Source: Candidatus Thorarchaeota archaeon
GTDB lineage: Archaea > Asgardarchaeota > Thorarchaeia > Thorarchaeales > Thorarchaeaceae
DNA length: 64,000 nucleotides
Assembly (NCBI GenBank): GCA_019057475.1
Contig: DXJO01000010.1
Span: 128,001 to 192,000, forward strand
Reading direction: 5' to 3'
Position numbers and translations under genes: made by a program. The stretch's first letter is position 1; every line of letters begins with the position of its first letter. This document shows positions 20,982-31,682 of the stretch, one piece after another. The notes below the pieces were generated by a model that ran no database searches, was not told the origin of the DNA, and saw nothing but the letters and a program-made list of their open reading frames with translations.

Positions 20982-22307
20982 TCACAGAATAGGTAATTGT
21001 GATTCAAGTACCTTTTTCAGCAAAGCTCCGTTCAAAAGTGCCCCCTTCTTGGCAGACATTACTATCGGAACTAGGCAACTGCTTATGTTTTCTCTCTCTG
21101 ACGCCATTCTTTGGACTAGATTAACGAGTTCTTGATTCTTATGATGCTCAACGTAATATATCCATTTTCCTTGTTTCAGCATACTCCCTACAAGGCCTAC
21201 TGACCTAACATCCGATTGATATGAGAGGGTACATGAAGGTGTACCCATTGATAGCGCACCTATAACTGAGTGTATCCTCGCTCCTATCATCAAATCCGAT
21301 TTGCCCATTAAGGCCTTCAATTCTGCAGTGGAGTACTCCTTTCGAAAGACGTGTACATTCTGGTGGTTTGTCATCACACTAGCGATATCCTCCCCCACAA
21401 CTCTATCATCGCGACCTTCATGTGATTCGATACAGTGCGGTAAGAAAAGTATTTCCCCATCAAGACTGTCTATTATCATGTCAAACGATTTGGCTAATTC
21501 CCTAACCGCCATGTCATACCTGAGGTTTTTTTCTGAAACAGAAGGATAGAATTTCAGAAGGAGACTTCTGGTTACTGTTACACTCACCAGTAACCTATCC
21601 TTGGGTATTTTCTCGTTCGTAAGTATCTGATCTGCCGTGCTCGAATCCGCTGCAGGGGCCAGAATCGCTGGGTCTCCTGTGAGAATCACGCGTGGAGATC
21701 CACCAGATAGCATCTTGAGGTATCGGTAAGAGTATTTGTCCCTCACTGTAACCAAAGCGGCACTCTTAAGAACGTAGCCCGCCAGTGACTCCCATATCTT
21801 CCTTTTGTATCCAGACGTACCATTGCCATAAACCACAATAGGCTTCTTGAGCACCCGGGCCACAAGAGTGATGTAGACTGGACTGTACGTGAGGAGGAAT
21901 CCTCCAGCACAACCCACACCATTATGACAGATTACGTAGAGGTCGGAATAAAAATACAGACTCCAGATCCGCTTTTTCATCACCTTTAGGACATTATTCC
22001 CAATGAGAATGTACAGCATGATAAAAAGGAAGTGCTGGATGAAACCAAAGAGCGCTGTTTTTAGGCTATTTAGTAGAGAATTATCATGAAGCACATCTCC
22101 AAGATGCAGGTCGCTTCGGATATCGACAGTACCAACACCGGATGGATATCGCGCCGCATCAATGAACGGCTGAAATGAGAAAACGTTGGCCTCGTAGTCG
22201 CCAAGAACGTCGAAAGTCTTGAGCATTCCATTGAGAATCGCCAGTTCGCCTTTGTTTAAACTGGGAATCCATTCTGCTATCAGAATTCGCACCTTGGACC
22301 CATTCAT
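20982..22307 (-). CDS. Polysaccharide pyruvyl transferase (WcaK-like)
   Basis: NKGELAI, VTVRD..S, TGDPA, IGARIHSVIGA, LSY. Confidence 0.87.
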   Translation of the reverse strand: MNGSKVRILIAEWIPSLNKGELAILNGMLKTFDVLGDYEANVFSFQPFIDAARYPSGVGTVDIRSDLHLGDVLHDNSLLNSLKTALFGFIQHFLFIMLYILIGNNVLKVMKKRIWSLYFYSDLYVICHNGVGCAGGFLLTYSPVYITLVARVLKKPIVVYGNGTSGYKRKIWESLAGYVLKSAALVTVRDKYSYRYLKMLSGGSPRVILTGDPAILAPAADSSTADQILTNEKIPKDRLLVSVTVTRSLLLKFYPSVSEKNLRYDMAVRELAKSFDMIIDSLDGEILFLPHCIESHEGRDDRVVGEDIASVMTNHQNVHVFRKEYSTAELKALMGKSDLMIGARIHSVIGALSMGTPSCTLSYQSDVRSVGLVGSMLKQGKWIYYVEHHKNQELVNLVQRMASERENISSCLVPIVMSAKKGALLNGALLKKVLESQLPIL

Positions 22308-22330
22308 TAGATTTGTTCCTCCGGATTAGT

Positions 22331-25300
22331 TCACCGCCCGAATAGCAATGCCAGTTTCCGTACCCGATCCGCTTTGCGCAGCTTTTTTTGTGTCTTGGAT
22401 AGAACACACCAAAGAGTACCCACGATTACGGACCATACAGTAAGCTGCAGAATACTCTCCACTTCGTTCCATTGAAACTTTATTGCAGTCGAAGTCTTCG
22501 TCCCTGTCAACGTGAATTCCGAGATGAATGTATAAGTGTCTGAGGCCATCAGCTTAAAACCGACATTACCTTCAAGCAGGATATCATCACCATCAACTGG
22601 CAGTTGCAGATGTGCATCATAAAGCGTGTACAGTGTTTTGAACTCAGACATCCCGGAGTTGTCAACCAGCAGGGGCGTTCTGGCAACTATCTCGAAATCC
22701 CCGAACAATGTCAATTCACTTAATTCGACATTGAATATCTGGGTTATATTCTCTGACACAACAGTAAGACTCACTTCCCCTTCCAGAAACCTAACAACGG
22801 GATTTCTCATGCGTAAGTTCACGTAGAAACCTTTCCCGGGAATAATTTCAAGCGTATCGCACGCGACGCTATTTAGATTTCTGCATGCAAAGTGAACGCC
22901 CTCTATCCCGGTGATAGTCCTCGTTTCATTCATTAGATGAATAATCCCCCGGGCAACATCAATAGCTGTAAATGAGGCGAGGGCACTGAATCTGGTTGTG
23001 CACTCACCTTGCAATTTCGCTGATTGGAAGAACGCGGTGCTGCCTCCGTACGCCCAAGTGTGTGTGCTCTCGGCCAGACTAATGTCGATGTCGACGATGT
23101 CGTACAAGCTTCCTAGAACCTGAACTAACGGCCTCCATTCTCTGATGCTGGCGACTGCATGAGTGTATGATTGGTTTATCTGCTGAGGCGTCAGGACGCT
23201 GTTATGGATTGCAACTGAATTCATGGAACCATTCAATAACCAGTTATCATCATGTCGTTTTCCAATGATTAGTGAAAGATTGTCAGGCGCAATCATCTCG
23301 CTGAATTCGCGATTCGCTATCCTCGAGCCGTCAACGTAGAAATTGACTTCTCCCGACCCTACTGTAACAGCCACATGATAATACCGACCCGGTTCCAGCT
23401 CCCTGAATCCAGCAGACACCGTGCTGTAAGTTGTTCCGTTGCCACTGTTGAAAAGGAAGTTGGTGCCATCAAACATGTAGCCATATCCGGTAGATACCTT
23501 GTATCCCTCTATCTTGCTGATTATTGTGAACCCATCATCGGGGCGTTCTGGACTAATCCATGCCTCAATTGATAGCTCGGTTGTTTCATTTAGCTCTTCA
23601 GCATTTGTTATCTCTACATAATCATCCACGCCATCGAAGCTCAAAGAGAACCCCAATGAATCAATGATTCTACTTGGTCCGAAAAGAGTTCCAGTGTTTG
23701 AATTACCTGAATAATCTGAAATCGACCCGCCAGTGGATTCATCGAAACGGAACTCAAGTATGCTTTTCGAGTAATTGAGTGTTTCGATGCTGAGGAGTTC
23801 CTTTATTATCGGAAAGATGTTCATATACACTAGGTGGACATTCCCGACAACTAATTTAGCAGCCAAAGCTGTACGGTTTTGATTGTTTGCGTACCACGCT
23901 ATGATTGTAGCATTGTCCTCTACGAAAGACAACTGCTCACATTCTACTGGCGAAGGAAGCAGAAGTGTGGAGTTATGATTCTCAATCCAGTATGCTACCA
24001 TTGTATCAGTTGTGTTCCTGTCGAAAAGCGCATTTGAAATGGGTCCAAACCCATTTTGATTAATAATAACAACCTGCGTCGAGCTCGGCTCGTTTTCGGC
24101 GTTGAGAGCAATGCTATTGAGTAAATCGAGAGTCGTGTTAGTATCTTCGGATAACACTACAATTTGAGAACCAAGAATCGTTTCTACATCGCTTGGAAGG
24201 CTCACTGTGTAGTTGTAACCACCAAGATACAGCATTTCATATGCGTAGAAGCCAGCTACACCTACTTCCTCACTGGTCACCAAAGTCAAGTCACTTGTGT
24301 ATGACGGGGGAACCCCAGCCAAAATCTCAAAGCACTCGACATCTTCGTTTGAGAAGACTTCTTTGAAAATGCTGGACATATGTGAGGCTAAGTAGCTCGT
24401 AAAGTAGGATTCTTGGATGTACTGCTGATCATCCTGTGTCAGATAGACGTAAGGCGAGGGGTATCCACTGCTCTGCAGAAGTATCAAGGGGATATCAGGA
24501 TACAAAGACCCCCAAACTGGCATTCGGTATCGGTTGATGCGGTAAGGCGACGGGACAAAATCCATGGTTCGTCGAGACGAATCTGAAACAGTCAGGATTG
24601 GAGTTCTTGCATCCCTGACTGTTGGTGATGAAAGGAACTCGATTGCTTCAAGGGTTCGCTCGTCGAGAGGCGGTGTCATTCTTGAGCTCCTGTACTCGAT
24701 AGTAATGAGAGTGGACATTAATCCACTGAACACAACAATCAGGATTACGCAGAATGCAAGTGACTTATTATTACTATCCAGTTTCTGAACTTTCTTCATG
24801 AAGGGCACCGAGGCGACAACCGAAACCATTGCTAGAACAAGCGGCAGGAATCGCCGCTCACCATAGCCGAAGTCAATAACAAATGCGTTCAGGATACTTA
24901 TTGACTTTCCAACGATGACTGTAGTAACAAGTATCACAATCGCAACTTTAAGACCCATCTTGAACCTCGGATTAGACAGCCATGGTAGACTTGCGGGGAG
25001 CATCATCCCCGCAACTCCCATGATTAGTGGGTATAGAATTATTGGTACGAAGTATGTACTCGAAACCGATGCTGCAGAGAAGCCATTCGGTATGCTAAGC
25101 CAGGAAAGCAGACCCGCGATAAGGATAATTAGCAAAATCGCCGCAATATGATTATGATTGATTGCTTTCAATGGATTTTCATACGTGGGGAACTGACTGA
25201 ATGATAATAGTGCCGTAGCGACGGCAATTCCCATAAGAATTAGCTGCTCAATGAGCGAGAATGGCTGAATAAACCCGCCAAATGACCCCGAAAGCCCGAC

Positions 25301-26593
25301 ACACAGCAGGAATACAATCACTCCCAGTAACGAAGAAACTGTGACCGGTCTGATGGAATCACGAAACGATTTGCCTGCGAACATAACGACCATGAACAAG
25401 ATGACTTGGAAAAGCAAGAGTTCTGGAAGGTGCACTAGACCTAGTATCAGGACTAGAAGAGCCACCAATATCATCTTCTTGAATCTCTGCATTTCGTTGT
25501 TAAGCATGATGTGAACAAGTACAAAAATTAGAACTAGTGAAACAGTCATAGGACGGAACCACAACCAGAGCCAAGGCCCATTGGCAGATCCAATGTCCCA
25601 ATAGGTCATGTCACGAAGAGTACGGAAAACAGTCCCCAGAGGGCCGTCAGGAAGCCACGGGGAGAATAGAGCAATCCAGCCGAACCCTGCGAAGAACGAG
25701 AAGAAGAGAGTCGAAAGCACAGCCATACGACTGTCATTCAGAAGCATCCTGGCCATAACATAGAATGCTGCAATGAAAATGATCCCAAGGAAGCTCAACC
25801 CAGTCAGAAGCACCTCAAAGGAGGGATTCAACATCGTGATGATAGTTGCCCAAGGCATGTGGAACCAAGGATAGACTGATTGATACACATCAGGCACTTG
25901 TACTAGCAGTGTTGCCTCAGAGAAATGCCGAACTATGTCCAGACCCTTTTGATGTGCCATTTGGGGGTATACACAGGCAATGACTGAAAGGAAGCCAAGA
26001 GATATCGAAAGCAGCATCGCTGATTCTGCGATACCAAGAGTGAATTTGACTTGACCAAAGCCTTGATGGTCCAGGACCCTTGATGTCGTCGAACGGAGGA
26101 CGAGGAGGGCTGACAAGACTGCATATGTTGCCAGAATCAACCATCGTGCATTGACGCCGACTGATACACACCCAGAATAGATAATTGAGGTCAAACCCAT
26201 ACTCAGCGCGAAAGAGAGGACAGGCCATTCAATCCAGCTTTTCATATGACGATATTGGAGGAATCTGAGAAGTGCGTAGCCTGGCAGGAAAAAAGCGATT
26301 GTGATTGCAATCATCGTCACTGCCAAGTCATTTAATTTCTGAATCGTGGCCCAAGTCAATACCACAATAGCGAGTAATATCATCACATTGATGGTGGCCT
26401 CGAGTTTCGTCGTGTCGAAGGTTATCGTGGTATGTTTCTGCTCTTCCCGAATTAGCAAATAGACAAGTGGGGGCATGGTAACTTGGATTGCAAAGAGGAC
26501 ATATTTCACTGGAGATACAAAATGGATGAGTATTCCGATTGCCATCAAAGCCGAAAAAATAGCCATAGCGGCGGCCATTGATTTCAAGTTCAT
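22331..26593 (-). CDS. Large polytopic membrane protein with extracellular LamG/concanavalin-like domain
   Basis: Many TM helices in the first ~630 aa; FRFDE..G..I.DYSGN.N.G..G....FDGVDDYV...WI.P....Y.HVAVT...FYVDG....IG LamG signature; C-terminal TM. Confidence 0.8.
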   Translation of the reverse strand: MNLKSMAAAMAIFSALMAIGILIHFVSPVKYVLFAIQVTMPPLVYLLIREEQKHTTITFDTTKLEATINVMILLAIVVLTWATIQKLNDLAVTMIAITIAFFLPGYALLRFLQYRHMKSWIEWPVLSFALSMGLTSIIYSGCVSVGVNARWLILATYAVLSALLVLRSTTSRVLDHQGFGQVKFTLGIAESAMLLSISLGFLSVIACVYPQMAHQKGLDIVRHFSEATLLVQVPDVYQSVYPWFHMPWATIITMLNPSFEVLLTGLSFLGIIFIAAFYVMARMLLNDSRMAVLSTLFFSFFAGFGWIALFSPWLPDGPLGTVFRTLRDMTYWDIGSANGPWLWLWFRPMTVSLVLIFVLVHIMLNNEMQRFKKMILVALLVLILGLVHLPELLLFQVILFMVVMFAGKSFRDSIRPVTVSSLLGVIVFLLCVGLSGSFGGFIQPFSLIEQLILMGIAVATALLSFSQFPTYENPLKAINHNHIAAILLIILIAGLLSWLSIPNGFSAASVSSTYFVPIILYPLIMGVAGMMLPASLPWLSNPRFKMGLKVAIVILVTTVIVGKSISILNAFVIDFGYGERRFLPLVLAMVSVVASVPFMKKVQKLDSNNKSLAFCVILIVVFSGLMSTLITIEYRSSRMTPPLDERTLEAIEFLSSPTVRDARTPILTVSDSSRRTMDFVPSPYRINRYRMPVWGSLYPDIPLILLQSSGYPSPYVYLTQDDQQYIQESYFTSYLASHMSSIFKEVFSNEDVECFEILAGVPPSYTSDLTLVTSEEVGVAGFYAYEMLYLGGYNYTVSLPSDVETILGSQIVVLSEDTNTTLDLLNSIALNAENEPSSTQVVIINQNGFGPISNALFDRNTTDTMVAYWIENHNSTLLLPSPVECEQLSFVEDNATIIAWYANNQNRTALAAKLVVGNVHLVYMNIFPIIKELLSIETLNYSKSILEFRFDESTGGSISDYSGNSNTGTLFGPSRIIDSLGFSLSFDGVDDYVEITNAEELNETTELSIEAWISPERPDDGFTIISKIEGYKVSTGYGYMFDGTNFLFNSGNGTTYSTVSAGFRELEPGRYYHVAVTVGSGEVNFYVDGSRIANREFSEMIAPDNLSLIIGKRHDDNWLLNGSMNSVAIHNSVLTPQQINQSYTHAVASIREWRPLVQVLGSLYDIVDIDISLAESTHTWAYGGSTAFFQSAKLQGECTTRFSALASFTAIDVARGIIHLMNETRTITGIEGVHFACRNLNSVACDTLEIIPGKGFYVNLRMRNPVVRFLEGEVSLTVVSENITQIFNVELSELTLFGDFEIVARTPLLVDNSGMSEFKTLYTLYDAHLQLPVDGDDILLEGNVGFKLMASDTYTFISEFTLTGTKTSTAIKFQWNEVESILQLTVWSVIVGTLWCVLSKTQKKLRKADRVRKLALLFGR

Positions 26594-26749
26594 TAGCTAT
26601 TTCAACCAATGTTTTCTCAAGACAATGGCCAGCTTATGCAGCCCTTCAGAGTCAGTCCCAGTTACAGAATCCATCAGTCTTGGCAATATGACTACGTGGC
26701 TTTTCCCCAGGTTATTAAGATTCTGTTTCCAAGCTGCAACTATACGATT

Positions 26750-27156
26750 CTAACAGTCTAGAAGTCGCACCAATAACTCAATCCAGATTACTAGTACCTT
26801 TGCAAAGTCAAAGCAGCTGGCCACATATTGGAGTGCATTGCCTGCAATTCGTTTCAGGGAATGGGGATCATCCAGTAGTTGGATGATACGATTGGAGCGC
26901 ATCGGAGGATCATTCGATTCAAGGATGAGCCCATTATGGCTGTTCTCAATGATTTCAGTCACTGACCCGACACCTGATATCAAGACACGTGTGCCGCACG
27001 CCATTGCTTCAAGCATTACATCAGGCAGTCCTTCAGTATAGGAGGGGAGTACAAATAGTCTTCCTCGTCGTAAAGACTCTCGCGCAGGTTTTTGATTACC
27101 TTACCCCGCACCCTTTTTTCATTGTACGCTGGGATTGCGACAATCAACCTGGACAA
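26750..27156 (-). pseudogene. Chimeric scar: GT2 N-terminal fragment fused to GT4 C-terminal fragment
   Basis: From 27156 downward encodes LSRLIVAIPAYNEKR (GT2 start); ~27060-26750 encodes LFVLPSYTEGLPDVMLEAMACG (GT4 end) in another frame. Confidence 0.75.
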
Positions 27157-27222
27157 GGGGACTCCACACTCTCCTTTCTTGATGAGCAGTGGATACTATG
27201 GCACATAAATGTGCTTGGTCTG

Positions 27223-27351
27223 CTTTGCGTCGGGTTCCCTGCGAGCTTGTAGTTCCGGTGTCCTATAATCTTGGATAGGCTCTACAACTCAGCTTCTATG
27301 CCTGATGAGCCTAGAAAGAATAGTTTCCAACTTGTCGCCGATACACTTGAG
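27223..27351. repeat. Direct repeat copy 2
   Basis: Matches 17652-17780. Confidence 0.92.
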
Positions 27352-28548
27352 TGAAAGGTGACTTTCCACATATCTTTTCCCCTTCATTCCCATAAGCTTG
27401 CCAACTGACGGGGTTTGCTCTAGTCCATCAATGAAATCAAACGCCCGTTCAATCCGGTTTTGACTAACCGAAAGTCCACACTCTGCTATTTCAACCAGCT
27501 GCGCAGGCTGACCTTTTCCAAGAACAAGAACTGGTCGTTCGAAGGCCATGAAATCGAGTAATTTGGAAGGTATTGCGGTAGTGGAGATGAAATTGTCTTT
27601 CATAGGTAGTATGAACACTGTTGCTGTTTTCATGAAACTTGCGTATTCCTCATTAGTCATGTGCTTTCGGAGCACCTGTACATTGGAGAGGTTCCTAGCC
27701 TTAATCCCTCTTCTAAGAAGATTTGTCGTCATGCCAAGCCCTTTCACTATGAATGTCCAGTTCTTGTTTCTTTCTTGTGCCAGCTTTGCAATGTTCAGAA
27801 TCAGGTTGAAGTCGTATGCAGGTCCAAGTGCACCAGCATAGATGATTCGGATTGTATCATTGGTTGGAATTGCTACCTCATCATCAAATCTACGAAACCT
27901 GCTATAGTCGAAGCCTACCTCGATTGTCTTAATTCGATCTTGAGGAATCCCATTTCTTATCAAGTATCGCGTGATTGCACCAGCTATGGGAATAACGTAA
28001 TCTGACATCTTCAGCATCGCGTTCCTTACAGCGGCCAACCCGCGAAGCATCAGATTATTCTGCACTATTCCTAGATCAGCAAGAGCTTCTGGCCAGAGGT
28101 CATCCACATTCATTATCAACGGAGTCCTCTTGCACATCTTATAGAGGAGTCCCAAAGGATACACAAAGAAGTTTGGGCTCATGGCCATGACCAAGTCGCT
28201 CTCCCCCACCAATGGGAGGACTAGTAGGCTCGCGAGCATGAAATAGAGATAGTTTGCCATCCTACCGGCAGTGCTGTGATGGCTCATAGGCGGCATCCAC
28301 AATCTGATGACAGTAAGTCTTCCCTTGGTCTGGAACTGATACATTTTTCGATTGCACAAGGCTCTATTATTCCCATCTGGATAATGTGGCACGCCTGTCA
28401 CTAGTACAACTTCATAACCACGACTCAGCATATCTTTCACGATGTGAAACGTTCTCATTCCAGAACCTGCTATATCTGGTGGGAAATACTGTGATATGAG
28501 GCAGACTCTTTTGATGCCCTTTGACTCGTTATTAACCATCACAATCAC
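27289..28548 (-). CDS. Glycosyltransferase family 4 (WbuB-like)
   Basis: SQYFPPD, VPHYPDG, DLWPE, YAGALG, PSKLLDFMA. Confidence 0.9.
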   Translation of the reverse strand: MIVMVNNESKGIKRVCLISQYFPPDIAGSGMRTFHIVKDMLSRGYEVVLVTGVPHYPDGNNRALCNRKMYQFQTKGRLTVIRLWMPPMSHHSTAGRMANYLYFMLASLLVLPLVGESDLVMAMSPNFFVYPLGLLYKMCKRTPLIMNVDDLWPEALADLGIVQNNLMLRGLAAVRNAMLKMSDYVIPIAGAITRYLIRNGIPQDRIKTIEVGFDYSRFRRFDDEVAIPTNDTIRIIYAGALGPAYDFNLILNIAKLAQERNKNWTFIVKGLGMTTNLLRRGIKARNLSNVQVLRKHMTNEEYASFMKTATVFILPMKDNFISTTAIPSKLLDFMAFERPVLVLGKGQPAQLVEIAECGLSVSQNRIERAFDFIDGLEQTPSVGKLMGMKGKRYVESHLSLKCIGDKLETILSRLIRHRS

Positions 28549-28590
28549 CGAAACTCCTACCAGTTCCCATCGGCATGCCTCTTGTGATTT

Positions 28591-30333
28591 CTACCCCTTT
28601 TTCGTTAATAGATAATCTCCTATTGCGAGATGGTCCAGTTCACTCTCCAAAAACGTTTCAACCGCTACTTCTGGTGATCCAACAATCGGATAGCCGTGAA
28701 GGTTGAAAGATGTGTTCAAAACGACAGGGACACCAGTGATTTCAGCGAACTTCTGGATCATTGAATACCACCCAGAGTTATGGCTTCTGGCAACAGATTG
28801 AGGACGCCCAGTGTAGTCATATGGGTGCAGTGCAGCAGGGATTTCTACACCTCTTTCTGTCGTTGGAAATGCTTCTATCATATATCTTGCAGGTCGTGCG
28901 TTCACAAAGTACTCTGCCATTCTATCTTCAAGTATTGATGGTGCAAAGGGCATCCAGAAGTCCCTGTACTTTATCGCGAAGTTTATCCTCCTGACCACTC
29001 TCAAATCCCTCGGATCCGCGACTATGCTGCGATTTCCCAGAGATCTGGGTCCAAACTCTTCTCGCCCTGAGAATCTCGCAACAATCATGCCATCTGCCGC
29101 TTTTTCAGCAATGCATGTTTCGAGATCATCGCGGAATTCATATTCGAGTTTTTCGTCATACTTCGCGATTACAGACATGACTCTGTCATTGTCGAATTGC
29201 CGACCTAGGTACAGGTCCTCTAGAGGAACCCGCTTGGGTTTCACTCCGTCAAGCTTGCAGAGATGATAGTATCCCATCAATGCACCTCCGATTGGAGTCC
29301 CGCCATCATCACAAGCAGGATGGAAGAAAACATCTTCAACCTCGGGAAGGTTTCTGATGAGACTGTTCGCTTTTACATTCAGGAAACTGCCTCCAGCTGT
29401 CACAATTTTGTTTATTCCCGTTTCTTCTATTGCGTTTTTCACCCACTGAATCACTAGTTCTTCGAACCGTTCTTGACATGCAGCCGTAATATTGTCAAAC
29501 CTCTCACCTGCAAACATCTTACGCAGTTTTCCTTGTGAGTTCTTCCCGTAGGGACCGAGTATGTTCCTGAATCTAAGCGGATGTTCTGAATCCAAAGTGC
29601 AGATTCGTCGCATCTTGTCAATGCAGTATTGAGATCGTCCATAAGGAGCCATCCCCATAACCTTGTACTCATGCTCCCACCGTTTGAGTCCGAGGAATCC
29701 AGTTATCTCGCTATACATGTTGTTGCTTATGCTATCATAATATGTTGACCAATCTACTCGCTCGATATCATACCCTGTCCCAATGCTCACAGTCGAGCTG
29801 ACACCATCTCCTGCACCATCCAGAGTGAGAATAAGTGTGTCCTGATCCCAAGGTCTTTGATAGTAAGCTGTGGCGGCATGTGCTAAATGATGTTCTATGA
29901 ACGTACACTCAACATCGCTTATACCCATCTCTGCAAGGCATCTATCAATCTCTTTCAGAGTGCGGAAGCGATGAAGTATCCTCACATATGTTCTGGCGAA
30001 CCACCTTGAATGAAGAATCCTAGACACAGATCTGAACATCTTCACTCTGAGGCTGTCTTCTTCCACAAGTGGTGCTGTTGATCGCACAAGGCCCACAATC
30101 GAAACTAAGTTAGTGTCGACTGGATTAATCCCTGCGATTCTGTACACCTCTCCAATTGCCAGTACAGGTGGACCGCTGAAATTCTTGATGTTTCGCATCC
30201 GTTCCTCACTGACAGCTGCGACAATTCTTCCGTCGCGAAGCAACGCAGCCCCAGCCCCATGCCCATCATGAATTCCTAGAATAACATACCTTTTTGCCAT
30301 CGTTTCCTTCCACAATGCGAGCATTTTGTCCAT
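28591..30333 (-). CDS. Carbamoyltransferase (NodU/CmcH family)
   Basis: ILGIHDGH, EER, EHHLAHA, DGAGD, EYKVMGMAPYG, GG..LNVKAN, EFGPRSLGNRSI, NTSFNLHG.PIV. Confidence 0.93.
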   Translation of the reverse strand: MDKMLALWKETMAKRYVILGIHDGHGAGAALLRDGRIVAAVSEERMRNIKNFSGPPVLAIGEVYRIAGINPVDTNLVSIVGLVRSTAPLVEEDSLRVKMFRSVSRILHSRWFARTYVRILHRFRTLKEIDRCLAEMGISDVECTFIEHHLAHAATAYYQRPWDQDTLILTLDGAGDGVSSTVSIGTGYDIERVDWSTYYDSISNNMYSEITGFLGLKRWEHEYKVMGMAPYGRSQYCIDKMRRICTLDSEHPLRFRNILGPYGKNSQGKLRKMFAGERFDNITAACQERFEELVIQWVKNAIEETGINKIVTAGGSFLNVKANSLIRNLPEVEDVFFHPACDDGGTPIGGALMGYYHLCKLDGVKPKRVPLEDLYLGRQFDNDRVMSVIAKYDEKLEYEFRDDLETCIAEKAADGMIVARFSGREEFGPRSLGNRSIVADPRDLRVVRRINFAIKYRDFWMPFAPSILEDRMAEYFVNARPARYMIEAFPTTERGVEIPAALHPYDYTGRPQSVARSHNSGWYSMIQKFAEITGVPVVLNTSFNLHGYPIVGSPEVAVETFLESELDHLAIGDYLLTKKG

Positions 30334-30590
30334 CTCATAAGCTTTGCGTCATCCGTGGCTCTGCTGCAGGACTCGTAGATTGACTCATAGGAAGATATGG
30401 ACTCTTCATGCATAAGAGAACTCCGAGGCCCATTTGTTTACATGTCTTGCTGAGCACTGATTCCCGCTGAGAGTTTATTATAAGGAGCGAATACAAAGAG
30501 TGACATTGAATACAGCACTCAATTCGGATCATATGCGGTGCCGAAAGAAACATCTGGGGGGAAACATCTGGATTGAACGGGGCTAAGCGG

Positions 30591-31682
30591 ATGACCAAAG
30601 TTGCATTAATTACAGGGATTACCGGGCAAGATGGATCGTATTTGGCAGAATGTCTCTTGAGCCTAGGCTATGAGGTCCATGGAATGATACGCAAGGCAAG
30701 TACATTCAACACAGCTAGAATCGACCATCTGTACAAGGATCCTCACGATCCAGAGGCGAAACTTTTTCTTCACTATGGCGACATCACGGATTCCGCTAGC
30801 GTCACTCGAATTCTTGAAGATGTCGAGCCAGATGAAGCGTATAACTTGGCAGCTCAGAGCCATGTTAGGGTGAGCTTTGACATGCCGGTCTATACGGGAC
30901 AGGTCTCCGGAATCGGCACAGCCTGCATGCTAGAGTCGATACGAAAGAGCGACATAAACACAAGATTCTATCAGGCGTCGTCCTCCGAGATGTTTGGTTT
31001 CTCTCCCCCTCCTCAGAATGAGCAAACACGCTTTCACCCGCGAAGTCCATATGCCGCAGCGAAGATCTATGCCTACTGGATTACGGTGAACTACAGAGAA
31101 GCCTATGGATTACATGCTTCCAATGGAATACTGTTCAACCATGAATCTCCTCGACGTGGAGAAACTTTCGTCACTCGGAAGATAACTCGTGCGGTAGCGC
31201 GTATAGTGGCTGGCACTCAGGACAAGCTCTACCTCGGGAACTTGAAAGCCAAGCGTGACTGGGGCTACGCTCCAGAGTACGTGGTCGGAATGGTTCACAT
31301 TCTGAAGCATAATACGCCTGACGACTTCGTCTTGGGCACAGGAACTAGCAATTCCGTTGAAGAGTTCTTACGTTTCTCCTTTGAATATGTTGGACTAGAC
31401 TGGAACGATTATGTTGAAATCGATTCTAGATACCTGCGACCTGCTGAAGTCGAGAATCTTCAAGCTGACCCATCGAAAGCACGTAGCACAATTGGATGGA
31501 ACCCCAAGGTTCTTGCTCCAGAACTAGCGAAGGTGATGATTGATTGCGATATGTTCAGGTGCGGCCTCAAACCACCTGATGAAGGACGCGAGATCTTGAC
31601 TCGCTGTGGTTTGGATTGGGTCGTTGAGCCTATCAAGGAATTCACTGGACAGGAAGTTACAACATGGAGAAATCCGACCTGA
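30591..31682 (+). CDS. gmd: GDP-mannose 4,6-dehydratase
   Basis: [46 protein letters not shown]. Confidence 0.96.
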   Translation: MTKVALITGITGQDGSYLAECLLSLGYEVHGMIRKASTFNTARIDHLYKDPHDPEAKLFLHYGDITDSASVTRILEDVEPDEAYNLAAQSHVRVSFDMPVYTGQVSGIGTACMLESIRKSDINTRFYQASSSEMFGFSPPPQNEQTRFHPRSPYAAAKIYAYWITVNYREAYGLHASNGILFNHESPRRGETFVTRKITRAVARIVAGTQDKLYLGNLKAKRDWGYAPEYVVGMVHILKHNTPDDFVLGTGTSNSVEEFLRFSFEYVGLDWNDYVEIDSRYLRPAEVENLQADPSKARSTIGWNPKVLAPELAKVMIDCDMFRCGLKPPDEGREILTRCGLDWVVEPIKEFTGQEVTTWRNPT

